From NCBI RefSeq assembly GCF_001194135.2, contig NC_068985.1, positions 14,392,247 through 14,424,415 of the forward strand: a DNA stretch of 32,169 bases, written 5' to 3'. Origin of the DNA: Octopus bimaculoides (lineage: Eukaryota). Of the stretch, positions 1-10,236 are shown piece by piece (positions within the stretch are counted from its first letter, which is position 1; the number at the start of each line of letters is the position of its first letter). A program made the position numbers and the translations under genes. Below the pieces are notes generated by a model. That model searched no databases. It saw nothing but the letters and a program-made list of their open reading frames with translations, and had not been told where the DNA came from.

Positions 1-789
1 TATATATATATGCGTGTGTGTGTGTGTATGTGTGTATGATTCAGCACTAGGTTAATAAGTCGCCAACTTTTTATCGAGAATATGATCGGCTTAATTGCTA
101 CTGAAACGAGGTATGGAACTGGCATTAATAAACAAACTTTTTTTTCCTTTTGTTATTACGGCGTAGGGAATAGCGTAAATTTGAATGAAATACCGAGAAG
201 AAAACAAAATGGCAAAAAAAAAATTAAGACAAATTTTTTTCTTTTGTAAAATTTTGCTTACTTTTATTATTTTTTGTAGTTTCTTTTCTTTCTTGTAGCG
301 AATTCATTAACGTAAGAATATATTTGTAATGTCACACTCACTTTCGTAATATATATAGTTTTATAAATAATACTTTCAATATAAAAAAAGAAAAATGACT
401 AATTATAAAATATATTTATTTAACATAATTTATTTATTTAAGCATATAAAAAGGACATAAATAACTGAAAACTAGGAAGTTAAAAACAATATAAATCGTA
501 CGGCTGGTTATAATGTCGTACCTAAACGACCTCACATCGCTCAGAAGTTCATTCAGACAAAAGAATGAGCAATTGACCGAGTGACGTGAAATTGCTTAGT
601 CTCATGAAATTGTTTAGTCTCATGAAATTTATATGGCTTTTGTCCTATTACTCTCTCCGTCTACTCAACTTACAGCGTCATATGAACACTTTGGACTTTC
701 TTTCTGCTTTAGCCTGACATCTGCCTGCTTGCATCGCATCTATTTAGAACTCTCCACTGTCCTAACCTCCTGATATACTTACTCGTCTG

Positions 790-1196
790 AAGGCGGCGAA
801 CTGGCAGAAACGTTAGCACGCCGAGCGAAATGCGTAGCGGTATTTCATCTGTCTTTATGTTCTGAGTTCAGATTCCGCCGAGGTCAACTTTGCCTTTCTT
901 CCTTTTTCGGGGTCGATAAATTAAGTACCACTTACGCACTGGGGTCTATGTAATCGACTTAATCCCTTTGTCTGTCCTTGTTTGTCCCCTCTATATTTAG
1001 CCCCTTGTGGGCAATAAAGAAATAAGAAACGTTAGCACGCCGACGAAATGCTTAGCGGTATTTCGTTTGTCTTTATGTTCTGAGTTCAGATTCCGCCGAG
1101 GTCAACTTTGTCTTTCATCCTTTCGGGGTCGATAAATTAAGTACCAGTTGCGTACTGGGGTCAATTCCGGGCCTTGTGCTTAGAGTCGAAAAGGAT
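790..1196 (+). mobile_element. tRNA-derived SINE family 1, dimer (monomer with tail A + 5'-clipped monomer with tail B)
   Basis: Head AAGGCGGCGAACTGGCAGAAACGTTAGC (A-box-like), B-box-like GAGTTCAGATTCC, core CCGAGGTCAACTTTGCCTTTC..GGGGTCGATAAATTAAGTACC. The unit restarts at about 1025. The same sequence recurs more than 10 times in the window. Confidence 0.9.
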
Positions 1197-1240
1197 ATAT
1201 TTACATGATTATGTATTGATTTTCATCTCTATCTTTAGTC

Positions 1241-1459
1241 AAGTGGTTCTAAACCGGGGTCCATTATAAGGTTTTGTTGTTAAAATTTATGAGCAATAAA
1301 TTGGTCATACTTCTACAATGCACCAGACATTACAACAACATTTTTATACAATTCCTAATAATTATAAAAATATAAGATTTTCGTAATATCGAATGACTAT
1401 GAGGGTCAAAGAATCAAATTGGTCCCAAGATAAAAAAAAAAAATAGTTGACAATCACTG
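1241..1459. mobile_element. hAT (Charlie-like) MITE, degenerate
   Basis: Ends AAGTGGTTCTAAACCGGGGTCC and GTTGACAATCACTG resemble CAGTGGTTCTCAACC hAT TIRs. The 8-bp flanks CTTTAGTC and GTTTAGCA share a central TTTAG, consistent with a decayed 8-bp TSD. Confidence 0.55.
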
Positions 1460-1586
1460 GTTTAGCAGTACAAATATGTCATAATCTGGTCTGACACCAG
1501 TTGTCTGCTTGTTTATGATTTTGTTCTGTTATACACGTACCAGTTCGATTGGTACCTTGCCTTTAATCAATGCTCATTTAAGCAGC

Positions 1587-1651
1587 CAACACCCTAACCA
1601 CTAAGCCACGCGTCTCCACTGGAGACACGTGGTTTAGTGGTTAGGGTGTTG
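1587..1651. repeat. Near-perfect hairpin (32-bp arms, 1-nt loop) made from an inverted SINE head
   Basis: 1587-1618 CAACACCCTAACCACTAAGCCACGCGTCTCCA is the reverse complement of 1620-1651, with one mismatch and one G-T pair. Confidence 0.95.
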
Positions 1652-1775
1652 AACTCACGATCGTAAGATTGTGGTCTCTATCCCTGGGCCGGGCGATGCG
1701 TTGTGCTCTTCAGCAAAACACTTCATTTCACGTAGCTCCAGTCCAGTCAGCAGTAGAAATGAGTTTAGCATGGAG
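1620..1775 (+). mobile_element. tRNA-derived CORE-type SINE (family 4)
   Basis: Head TGGAGACACGTGGTTTAGTGGTTAGGG, then GTTGTGCTCTTCAGCAAAACACTTCATTTCACGTAGCTCCAGTCC. Homologous to the minus-strand copy at 11299-11418. Confidence 0.8.
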
Positions 1776-2008
1776 GGGGACGGTCTCCGGCAGGCTTTCT
1801 CGCCCTAGATGTGTTGCATGGCTGCAGCACTACAACGAACCCCAAAGGCGTTAAGGGACTTGTCAGTTGTCATTTAAGTAGCGATCACACGTTAGTATTT
1901 AAAACTGGAGTTGAAGCACAAATTCGACTAGAGCATGTACCTATTATCTCACGTCATTCGGCATAGTATTACCTACAATTTATATTCAAAAACAATATAT
2001 ATTCGGCT

Positions 2009-2009
2009 T

Positions 2010-2049
<40 letters not shown>

Positions 2050-2050
2050 T
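2009..2050. repeat. (CT)n(CA)n microsatellite
   Basis: Seen directly in sequence. Confidence 0.95.
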
Positions 2051-2407
2051 CAAATACACGTATTGACCCACACTTAATACAAAAGACACACGAATCACTT
2101 TATTGCTCATATCAATTATTTCTTAAAATATCATTTAGAATTTTCCTTCATTTTTTTCGTATTAATTTTCTCTGTAAACATTCTGGTGAATATGAATCCT
2201 GTCTGCCATTATTTTCGTCTAACTTTATCATACATCAAAAACTGGAATTTACGTGTACTTTTATGATTCATTTATACGTTTGTTTATATTTTTGCCAACA
2301 CTCTATCCGGTACTCGTGCTATTTTTACATTTTGCTTATATTTTCAAATTCCTGTTTCTGTTTTTATCCGTTCTGATTAACATATTCTTAGAAACGGAAA
2401 TAAATGA

Positions 2408-2794
2408 TCGCAAGAGCACTCAGAGAGCGCAAACCTCCGCCAAGGCAACACCAACGTCCTCTCAACGATTAGTCCAGATAATTTTTAAAATGAGAATATC
2501 TGAAATAAACTCGACTGCTTTCACAAACGAAAAATACTAAAAATAAACATGACCGTTCTCAAAAATTAAGTAAAAAAAAACAAAACAATAAATATATAAA
2601 AATAACGGAAAAATAATCCAGAATCCTTGTCCGGTACCAGATTTGTTCGAAAATGTAATCAGTTAGTCCCAGTCACGAGGCCAAATATCCTTGAAAGTTT
2701 AATCCGAATCCACCCAATGGTTCATGTAATATTTTGTCCACGGACAAACAAGCAAACAAACATGACTGAAAACAATAACGAAGGCGGAGGTAAT
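2408..2794. mobile_element. Putative non-autonomous Helentron/HINE-like element
   Basis: CAAGAGC..CCTCCGCCAAGG near one end (2434-2445) and an inverted GGCGGAGGTAA near the other (2783-2793), with internal (AAAC)n. The subterminal inverted-repeat layout resembles HINEs; the class is inferred. Confidence 0.35.
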
Positions 2795-2814
2795 TAATAT
2801 AATAGTTATTCTAT

Positions 2815-3028
2815 AAGGCAGCGAGCTGGCAAAATGATTAATACGCCGGGCAAAATGCATAGCGGTATTTCAACTCTCTTCACACTCTGAGTTTAAATTG
2901 CGCCGAGGTCGATTGACATTTCATCCTCTCGGGGGTCGATAAAATAAGTACCAGTTGAACATTGAGGTTTGTTGTAATCGACATAATCCCTCCTTGAAAT
3001 TACTAACCTTGGGCGAAAATTTGAAACC
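2815..3028 (+). mobile_element. SINE family 1 monomer, tail C (diverged)
   Basis: Head AAGGCAGCGAGCTGGC, core CCGAGGTCGA..TCGATAAAATAAGTACCAG, tail ending GAAAATTTGAAACC. Confidence 0.85.
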
Positions 3029-3909
3029 AGCATGTAATTCGGATCATTTTCTCTCCTGTATCTTCGGATATTTACGCTATATATTTCATATGTAACGTAA
3101 ATAAATCCTAATTTATTTACGATACATATTAAACAAAAGCAGCTAAAATGCTTCGAGAACGATTCGCAATAACTATTCAACATTTACTGGTCTTCTTGAG
3201 CTATTACAGGAATGCTTTTCCCCAGGACAAAATTTGAAATTAACCCTCAACAAAAAATTAATAAATAAAAGGCATAATAAACTGAAACCGAAATGACGAT
3301 GAAATAATCTGGGGCTGAGGACGAAATGACCGACAGCCAATTGTCCTAATATCATATTTACATGTCATATACTACCAACTTAGAAGAGGCAGGCTTGTGT
3401 TTATGATCTGCCCAGGCACTACATGCAAGTGGAATTTATAAGAGTAATGTAGAGCCTGAAATCTGCAGAGTAGGGTCCTTAAGAAACAACTGGCCTGACA
3501 GATATCAGCGGTCTGTTTGTAGATAATATGTGTAAAGACAGTAACGCAAATTATTATTTATACAAACAAATATGTGCACACACATACATATGTATAATAT
3601 AATACAGGATATGTATATATATAAAACGTCCTGTTATTTGTATTGTGTACCATCTCTCCGTTTTTTTTCCCGTATGTATTCGCTGCTTTCTTCCAAGGAA
3701 TCTAATGCTCTTTGCTTAGTTTTTCCTTGGGGCTGGCCAAAGATAATCTAGAACTCGACTGAGGAAAGAAAACTCCGAATGACCCATCCTTGCTTTTTTT
3801 GTATCGTCTGGATGTTCTGCGTTCTCGTCCCAATTTTTGTACTTTTATGTATAAAAAAATATAGCGGCGTACGTGCACTTTGGTCTTTCTTATATATATA
3901 TATATATAT

Positions 3910-4823
3910 NNNNNNNNNNNNNNNNNNNNNNNNNNNNNNNNNNNNNNNNNNNNNNNNNNNNNNNNNNNNNNNNNNNNNNNNNNNNNNNNNNNNNNNNNNN
4001 NNNNNNNNNNNNNNNNNNNNNNNNNNNNNNNNNNNNNNNNNNNNNNNNNNNNNNNNNNNNNNNNNNNNNNNNNNNNNNNNNNNNNNNNNNNNNNNNNNNN
4101 NNNNNNNNNNNNNNNNNNNNNNNNNNNNNNNNNNNNNNNNNNNNNNNNNNNNNNNNNNNNNNNNNNNNNNNNNNNNNNNNNNNNNNNNNNNNNNNNNNNN
4201 NNNNNNNNNNNNNNNNNNNNNNNNNNNNNNNNNNNNNNNNNNNNNNNNNNNNNNNNNNNNNNNNNNNNNNNNNNNNNNNNNNNNNNNNNNNNNNNNNNNN
4301 NNNNNNNNNNNNNNNNNNNNNNNNNNNNNNNNNNNNNNNNNNNNNNNNNNNNNNNNNNNNNNNNNNNNNNNNNNNNNNNNNNNNNNNNNNNNNNNNNNNN
4401 NNNNNNNNNNNNNNNNNNNNNNNNNNNNNNNNNNNNNNNNNNNNNNNNNNNNNNNNNNNNNNNNNNNNNNNNNNNNNNNNNNNNNNNNNNNNNNNNNNNN
4501 NNNNNNNNNNNNNNNNNNNNNNNNNNNNNNNNNNNNNNNNNNNNNNNNNNNNNNNNNNNNNNNNNNNNNNNNNNNNNNNNNNNNNNNNNNNNNNNNNNNN
4601 NNNNNNNNNNNNNNNNNNNNNNNNNNNNNNNNNNNNNNNNNNNNNNNNNNNNNNNNNNNNNNNNNNNNNNNNNNNNNNNNNNNNNNNNNNNNNNNNNNNN
4701 NNNNNNNNNNNNNNNNNNNNNNNNNNNNNNNNNNNNNNNNNNNNNNNNNNNNNNNNNNNNNNNNNNNNNNNNNNNNNNNNNNNNNNNNNNNNNNNNNNNN
4801 NNNNNNNNNNNNNNNNNNNNNNN
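3910..4823. other. Assembly gap (others: 5456-5901, 10404-11298, 15449-15576, 18347-18356, 21395-22008, 22691-22700, 27215-27823, 29919-30320)
   Basis: N runs; all long poly-X ORFs in the track come from these. Confidence 1.
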
Positions 4824-5390
4824 AACCCACTAAGGGATAGTATCTATCCAGTATACTGCTGGGAGGGTACCCAATTATTGCTACACTAGTGCTATACTAG
4901 GTGCAATCAATGGGAGCGGGTAAAAGTGGAGGTTTTACCCAAAATTTGTGTAACAATTAGAAAATGGAGGATAATATGCTGAACCCAACTACTTGCGGAC
5001 GGTGTATCCCGTTGAATTCATTAATTTAATTCATAGCAAAAGTGACAAAAGAGAGGAAGAAAAGAAAAAGAAAGAAAGAACCAAAGCACAGGTGTTTATG
5101 GCAGACTATGTTATTTTGCCAACATGGTTTACATATAGAAGTACAAAGTACATAAGGAATTAGAGGATAGTGTGTGTCTACACATACTGTGTATGCGTGT
5201 GTATGTCTACACACACATACACACGCACGCACAGGCATATACGTAAATAAATACATTTCAGACGATCTCATACACCGCAAAACTAACTGAAGCGAAAGAG
5301 CTTTACCACTGGCTTTGTGACCAGCTTCAAGTCTCCGAATGGAAAAGAAACTTGAATACATTCTACAGAAAACACATACTTATATATACT

Positions 5391-5392
<2 letters not shown>

Positions 5393-5455
<63 letters not shown>
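5393..5455. repeat. (CA)n microsatellite running into a gap
   Basis: Seen directly; N-gap 5456-5901 follows. Confidence 0.95.
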
Positions 5456-6009
5456 NNNNNNNNNNNNNNNNNNNNNNNNNNNNNNNNNNNNNNNNNNNNN
5501 NNNNNNNNNNNNNNNNNNNNNNNNNNNNNNNNNNNNNNNNNNNNNNNNNNNNNNNNNNNNNNNNNNNNNNNNNNNNNNNNNNNNNNNNNNNNNNNNNNNN
5601 NNNNNNNNNNNNNNNNNNNNNNNNNNNNNNNNNNNNNNNNNNNNNNNNNNNNNNNNNNNNNNNNNNNNNNNNNNNNNNNNNNNNNNNNNNNNNNNNNNNN
5701 NNNNNNNNNNNNNNNNNNNNNNNNNNNNNNNNNNNNNNNNNNNNNNNNNNNNNNNNNNNNNNNNNNNNNNNNNNNNNNNNNNNNNNNNNNNNNNNNNNNN
5801 NNNNNNNNNNNNNNNNNNNNNNNNNNNNNNNNNNNNNNNNNNNNNNNNNNNNNNNNNNNNNNNNNNNNNNNNNNNNNNNNNNNNNNNNNNNNNNNNNNNN
5901 NNGCATATTTACAAATTTGCTTTATCTTGCATATTGGAGGATTGAAAACATCACCGTGTCTTGCAGTTTCATCTTGGGCAGATATTCTCAGACTTTAGAA
6001 TTTAAAGCT

Positions 6010-6395
6010 GGCGTAGGCAAAAGGCGTGGATGTAGAATTGAGAAGCTTGCTTGCTAACCACGAGATTTTGAGTTCAGTCCTACTCTACGGCACCTTGGGC
6101 AAGTATCTTCTGTTATAGCCCCGGCCCGACCAATGCCTTGTGAGTGGGTTTCGTAGATAGAAACCGAAAGAAGCCCATTGTGTGTCTGTGTGTGTGTTTG
6201 TTCCCCGCCACTGCTTGACAAATAGTGTTGGTTTGTTTACGATCCCGTAACTTAGCAATTCGACATAAGAGTCCGATAAAATAAATACCAGATTTAAAAC
6301 AATAAGCACGGGATCGATTTGTCTGACTAAATCCTTCAAGACGGTGCCCTAGCATGGCCGCAGTCAAATGACTGGAACAAGTGAATGATAAAAGT
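6010..6395 (+). mobile_element. tRNA-derived CORE-type SINE family 2, near full length
   Basis: B-box-like GAGTTCAGTCC, CORE-like GGCACCTTGGGCAAGTATCTTCT, internal (GT)n, 3' end AGCATGGCCGCAGTCAAATGACTGGAACAAG. Homologous to copies at 21037, 25163 and 25675. Confidence 0.88.
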
Positions 6396-6611
6396 TAAGA
6401 GGGTTCGAATAGATTTTTCGCAGCTAGTATTTTTATATGGGTGGATCTCTTTATACGGGTATGTGCTGGTGGGTTGGGCCTATTTAAAGTTGAGGACATA
6501 GGCATTGTGGCGTCCGAGAACTATAAAGTTACATAAAATTGTTAGTCGTTCGTATGATACTTGACTACATGTAGAGTAGCGTGGTAGTTTTAAAAAACAA
6601 ACACACTTTGT

Positions 6612-6750
6612 TGTGTCTGGGGAGTCATTCTCTTTTCGTGCCTTATAATTTAACACACGCACCGGTAAAATTTCCACTCATTTACTTATTCATTTTGCAA
6701 CCTTTTCAACGGTTGTTGACTCTGTCTGTTATTCAAGATGCGTTCTTTTT
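6612..6750 (+). repeat. Unclassified interspersed repeat, copy 1
   Basis: TGTGTCTGGGGAGTCATTCTCTTT..CACCGGTAAAATTTCCACTC..GTTGTTGACTCTGTC..GCGTTCTTTT matches the reverse complement of 14814-14974. Both copies run into (TG)/(TATG)n. Confidence 0.8.
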
Positions 6751-6779
6751 ATTTGTTTATGCGCATGCGTTTAGGTCAG

Positions 6780-6990
6780 TGTGTGTGCGCGCATATACAT
6801 GTATGTATGCATGTATGTATGTATGCATGCATGTATGTATGCACGTAGGTGTGTGTATGCATATATGTATGTGTGTGTACGTGCATGTATATATGTATTC
6901 TGCATATTCATGTGTTCGTGTGTTCGTGTTTGTGTGTTTTTATGTGTGTGTGTGTGTGTGCGTTTGCATGTGTGTCCGTGTGTGTACCTC
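6780..6990. repeat. Degenerate (TG)n/(TATG)n microsatellite
   Basis: Seen directly; it produces the MYVC/CVCV pseudo-ORFs. Confidence 0.9.
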
Positions 6991-7536
6991 TGTCTCCTTG
7001 TTGGTAATTCTATTATGAGTGTTTTTTTTATTTTTTGGTAAGGTTGATGTGGGCGAATTACGGTGTTATGTGTGCAAGCGCAGCCCTAGGTAAACGGTTA
7101 AGTAACAGCCCGAACTTATAAAAACAATGAGTCTCTATTTCAATTTAATTTATAGCTAATTTAATGTTAATTTATTACCACCAGAATTGACTTTAAATAG
7201 AGATTCATTCTCTGTATAAGTTAGGGTCGGTTATTTTTTTTATCGCGGAGGGGAGAGAGGTGGGAAAGTAATTTGGCTCCTTCAAAGAGACAGCGACACA
7301 GTTGACGTGTGCTGAAATAGTCAATTCACAGCCTACTTATTATTTTATTATCTTTTTTTTTTTATTCTTCATTTTATTCTTTAGTTTGTCTAATACGTTC
7401 TTACTTTCTTCCTTATAATCTAACCTTTAGTCAGAATAGAAATTTACAATCAAATTGACCCTTTTATTTTCATTTGCTTATTTTTTTATCTCTGTATATT
7501 GTATCGTGATTGCAATTGTATCTTGTCTGTCACAGG

Positions 7537-7885
7537 GGAGGCGCAATGGCCCGGTGGTTAGGGCAGCAGACTCGCGGTCATAGGATCGCAGTTTCGATTC
7601 CCAAACCGGGTGTTGTGAGTGTTTATTGAGCGAAAACACCTAAAGCTCCACGAGGCTCCGGCAGGATATGGTGGCGAACCCTGCTGTACTCTTTCACCAC
7701 AACTTTCTCTCACTCTTACTTCCTGTTTCTGTTGCGCCCGTAATTCAAAGGGTCAGCCTTGTCACGCTGAATATCCCCGAGAACCACGTTAAGGATACAC
7801 ATGTCTGTGGAGTGCTCAGCCACTTGCACGTTAATTTCAGGAGCAGGCTGTTCCGTTGATCGGATCAACTGGAACCCTCGTCGAC
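7537..7885 (+). mobile_element. tRNA-derived SINE family 3
   Basis: A-box-like TGGCCCGGTGGTTAGG, B-box-like GTTTCGATTCCC, body TTTATTGAGCGAAAACACC..GGATCAACTGGAACCCTCGTCG. An inverted homologue lies at 19428-19810. Confidence 0.88.
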
Positions 7886-8289
7886 GACGTCGTTCTGCCA
7901 ATGAAAAGCTGGGAATGAAACGTTACTCTGAGCATACATTATCAAACTGAGTGAAATGGTGAGAGGATATAACAAAAGAACTTATTTAAACAATTACCTG
8001 AGGAGGTACATTCTGCACCTTGGATGTAAAATAATGATTGCACAATATCTGACCTATGTACTGACGGTGTAAGATTGCGTCGAAACGACTGTAGTGATTT
8101 TAAATAAAGGATGTGGTTTATTCCATTTTCTTTCCTTTATCTGTTGATGTAAACGTTGCAGAAACTATTGAATTCTTCATGATATATCCAGTGGCGGGAG
8201 CATTTCAACTGAATGATGACATCAGATACTCAATAACTGAGGACGAGCTTTGCACGGCATTTTATAAGGCTTTTAATCGGATCTCAATT

Positions 8290-8505
8290 AACTCTGCACG
8301 CGTGCGCGCGTGTGTGTATTTGTGTTGTGTTTGTTCTCCACCACTGCGTGTCTCTCGTAACTTAGTGGTTCGGCAAAAGAATCCAAGAAAATAAATATCA
8401 AAGTTAAAAATAAGTTTTGGGATCGATTCAATCGAGTAAAATCCTTCCAGGTGGTGCCCCAACCTGAACGCAGTCCAATGACGAAACAGATAAAAGCAAA
8501 AGATA
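8290..8505 (+). mobile_element. SINE family 2, 3' half (diverged)
   Basis: CGTAACTTAGTGGTTCGGCAAAAGA..GGGATCGATT..GCAGTCCAATGACGAAACAGATAAAAG. Confidence 0.75.
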
Positions 8506-8596
8506 AAAATATATGTTTAATATATATTTCGGAACCGTTAATAGCTACCTACCTGCCTACATACACACATGCACACATGCACACATGCACACATAC

Positions 8597-8972
8597 ATTG
8601 AACATTAGTGCAAGTTAAAAAGTAGAGCAGCCACAAAGCAAAAGCACAACCGATCAGATATCGTTGTGTGAGACTACAAAAAAATATATATATGCTTTGC
8701 TGTGGAAATCAGCTGCCATCTGGACGCTAATATGGTCAGAAAAACACAGGAGAAAGAGGGCATCTATGGACCACAGATAAGGAGTTTGCAATTCCTCTAC
8801 CCAGGATACACTTCCAGCTTCATACATATCATGTACCAACCCGTCTGTATCAAAGTATGGTTGAACTTTGGGTTCCTAAGGAGAGAACGCAACTACCATA
8901 GTCTATATGCTATAAATGATCAAGATACCTGGGACAATTACAATTTGCAAGACCTTAAGATTTAAAAGATGA
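8597..8972 (+). mobile_element. Non-LTR retrotransposon fragment, restriction-like endonuclease (RLE) domain, R2-group, pseudogenised
   Basis: Manual in-frame translation ATKQKHNRSDIVV*DYKKIYICFAVEISCHLDANMVRKTQEKEGIYGPQIRSLQFLYPGY matches the RPDIVVWD..EISCP..EK..Y..L RLE motif. The stop at 8669-8671 replaces Trp. Confidence 0.75.
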
Positions 8973-9019
8973 TAAATCAAAATGATTTTCTTCACAATCT
9001 TGCTTCCAAACACTTAACC

Positions 9020-9468
9020 TGTAAAAATTAACTCAGAATTAAAAAGAGAAAACATATTTGGGAATCTACAGCTATTCTATCCTGGTTACAAATTCAGGTT
9101 TGTAGCTGTAGTTTTGGGGGCACTGGGATATGTAATACTCTGCCTAAATACCGATCTTGAGAAATTAGGCTTCTCAAAACTAAAAAGGAGAAAGCTGATT
9201 CGAAGACTAGACATCCAAGCTATCATTGGAACTGTAAAAGTCTATAAACTTTTCCAGAAGTTTATCATTTAAGTATATATGAGCATGTCTAGATATACAG
9301 CTATATGCGTGAGAATACATACATAAATCAAAACATAGACCTGCATATGCATGCATGCATACATACATACATACATACATACATACATACATACATACAT
9401 ACATACATACATACAAACCGGCTCTTTCTCTACTGGCAAGGAATCTTGAGATATACTTGAATAACGAC
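9020..9468 (+). mobile_element. Second RLE-type LINE 3' end (C-terminus, 3' UTR, then (CATA)n)
   Basis: Reading frame missed by the ORF track: FGNLQLFYPGYKFRFVAVVLGALGYVILCLNTDLEKLGFSKLKRRKLIRRLDIQAIIGTVKVYKLFQKFII* (stop 9270-9272). The 3' UTR has internal (CATA)n and ends GGCAAGGAATCTTGAGATATACTTGAATAACGAC, followed by (CATA)n. Confidence 0.8.
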
Positions 9469-9612
9469 ACATACACATACATACATACATACATACATAC
9501 ATACATACGTATGTATGTGCGTATATGCGTAACGAATTGTATAATAATAACCTTAGTGTGACAATATGCGATATCATTATATCATTGATAACCATATCAT
9601 ATCAAATTGACT

Positions 9613-10236
9613 GAGGCGGCAAGCAGCTGGCGGAAGGTGTTCAAAAAGTCTCTCCGCGGTATGAATTTTATTGCAAAATGAATATTTATAAGATGGTATA
9701 AGACTACAAAAGAATATATTAGACTTTACAATATATGTTTTCAAATACATCTTGGAGAGTCTGGTGCGGTATGGACTGTGTGGCTCATTAATGATTTGGG
9801 GGCGATTCTTGTACACAGAAACAAAGTCTGGCGGTGTTAAATCAGGTGATCTTGGTGGCCAAAGACCCTTCGAAATAATCCGTTCACCGAAAAACTCTTG
9901 AGGTAGCACCATGGTGATGCGCGTAGTATGTGCTGTAGCTCCATCTTGCTGAAAAATATGCATTATTAATTTCACTTTCAGTGAGTTGGCCTACAAATGG
10001 ATAGACAATATTTGAGCAATATCTCTCGGTGTTGATGGTGTCTTCAAAAAATTTACTGCGGAGAGACTTTTTGAAAACCCTGTAGAATGCTAAGCGGCAT
10101 TTTTTTCTGGTTTCACATTCTGAGTTCAAATTTCGCCGGGGTTGACTTTGCTTTTCACCCTTTCGGAATTGATAAAAAAAATACCAGTTAGGAACTTCCC
10201 CTTCCCCTCAAAAGTTTCGTACCTTGTGACTATTGT
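9613..10236 (+). mobile_element. SINE family 1 interrupted by a Tc1/mariner element
   Basis: Head GAGGCGGCAAGCAGCTGGCGGA at 9613-9633. The remainder (GAATGCTAAGCGGCATTT..GAGTTCAAATTTCGCCGGGGTTGACTTTGC..TACCAG) resumes at 10085. Confidence 0.75.
9634..10084 (-). mobile_element. Internally deleted Tc1/mariner (rosa/DD41D-related) element with TIRs
   Basis: TIRs AGGTGTTCAAAAAGTCTCTCCGCGGT (9635-9660) and ACTGCGGAGAGACTTTTTGAAAACCCTGTA (10055-10084). Transposase remnant FFEDTINTERY..FQQDGATAHT..RIISKGLWPPRSPDLTPPDF..VYKNRP. Confidence 0.85.

Noticed and set aside
587-628. 18-bp tandem duplication TGAAATTG(C/T)TTAGTCTCA (similar 19-mer pair near 29567-29615)
   Set aside because: Two-copy local slippage with no further structure.
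3755-3795. CTGAGGA..GAAT as a hammerhead ribozyme
   Set aside because: The GAAA core and stem III are missing. The surrounding 3640-3860 looks repeat-like but I cannot classify it.
7537-7610. tRNA-like heads (also at 790, 1620, 11350, 22901, 24168) as tRNA genes
   Set aside because: A and B boxes are present, but I see no complete cloverleaf, and each continues into a multicopy SINE body.
9490-9515. 20-bp palindrome ACATACATACGTATGTATGT (similar near 23578-23610)
   Set aside because: Explained by abutting (CATA)n and (TATG)n low-complexity tracts.
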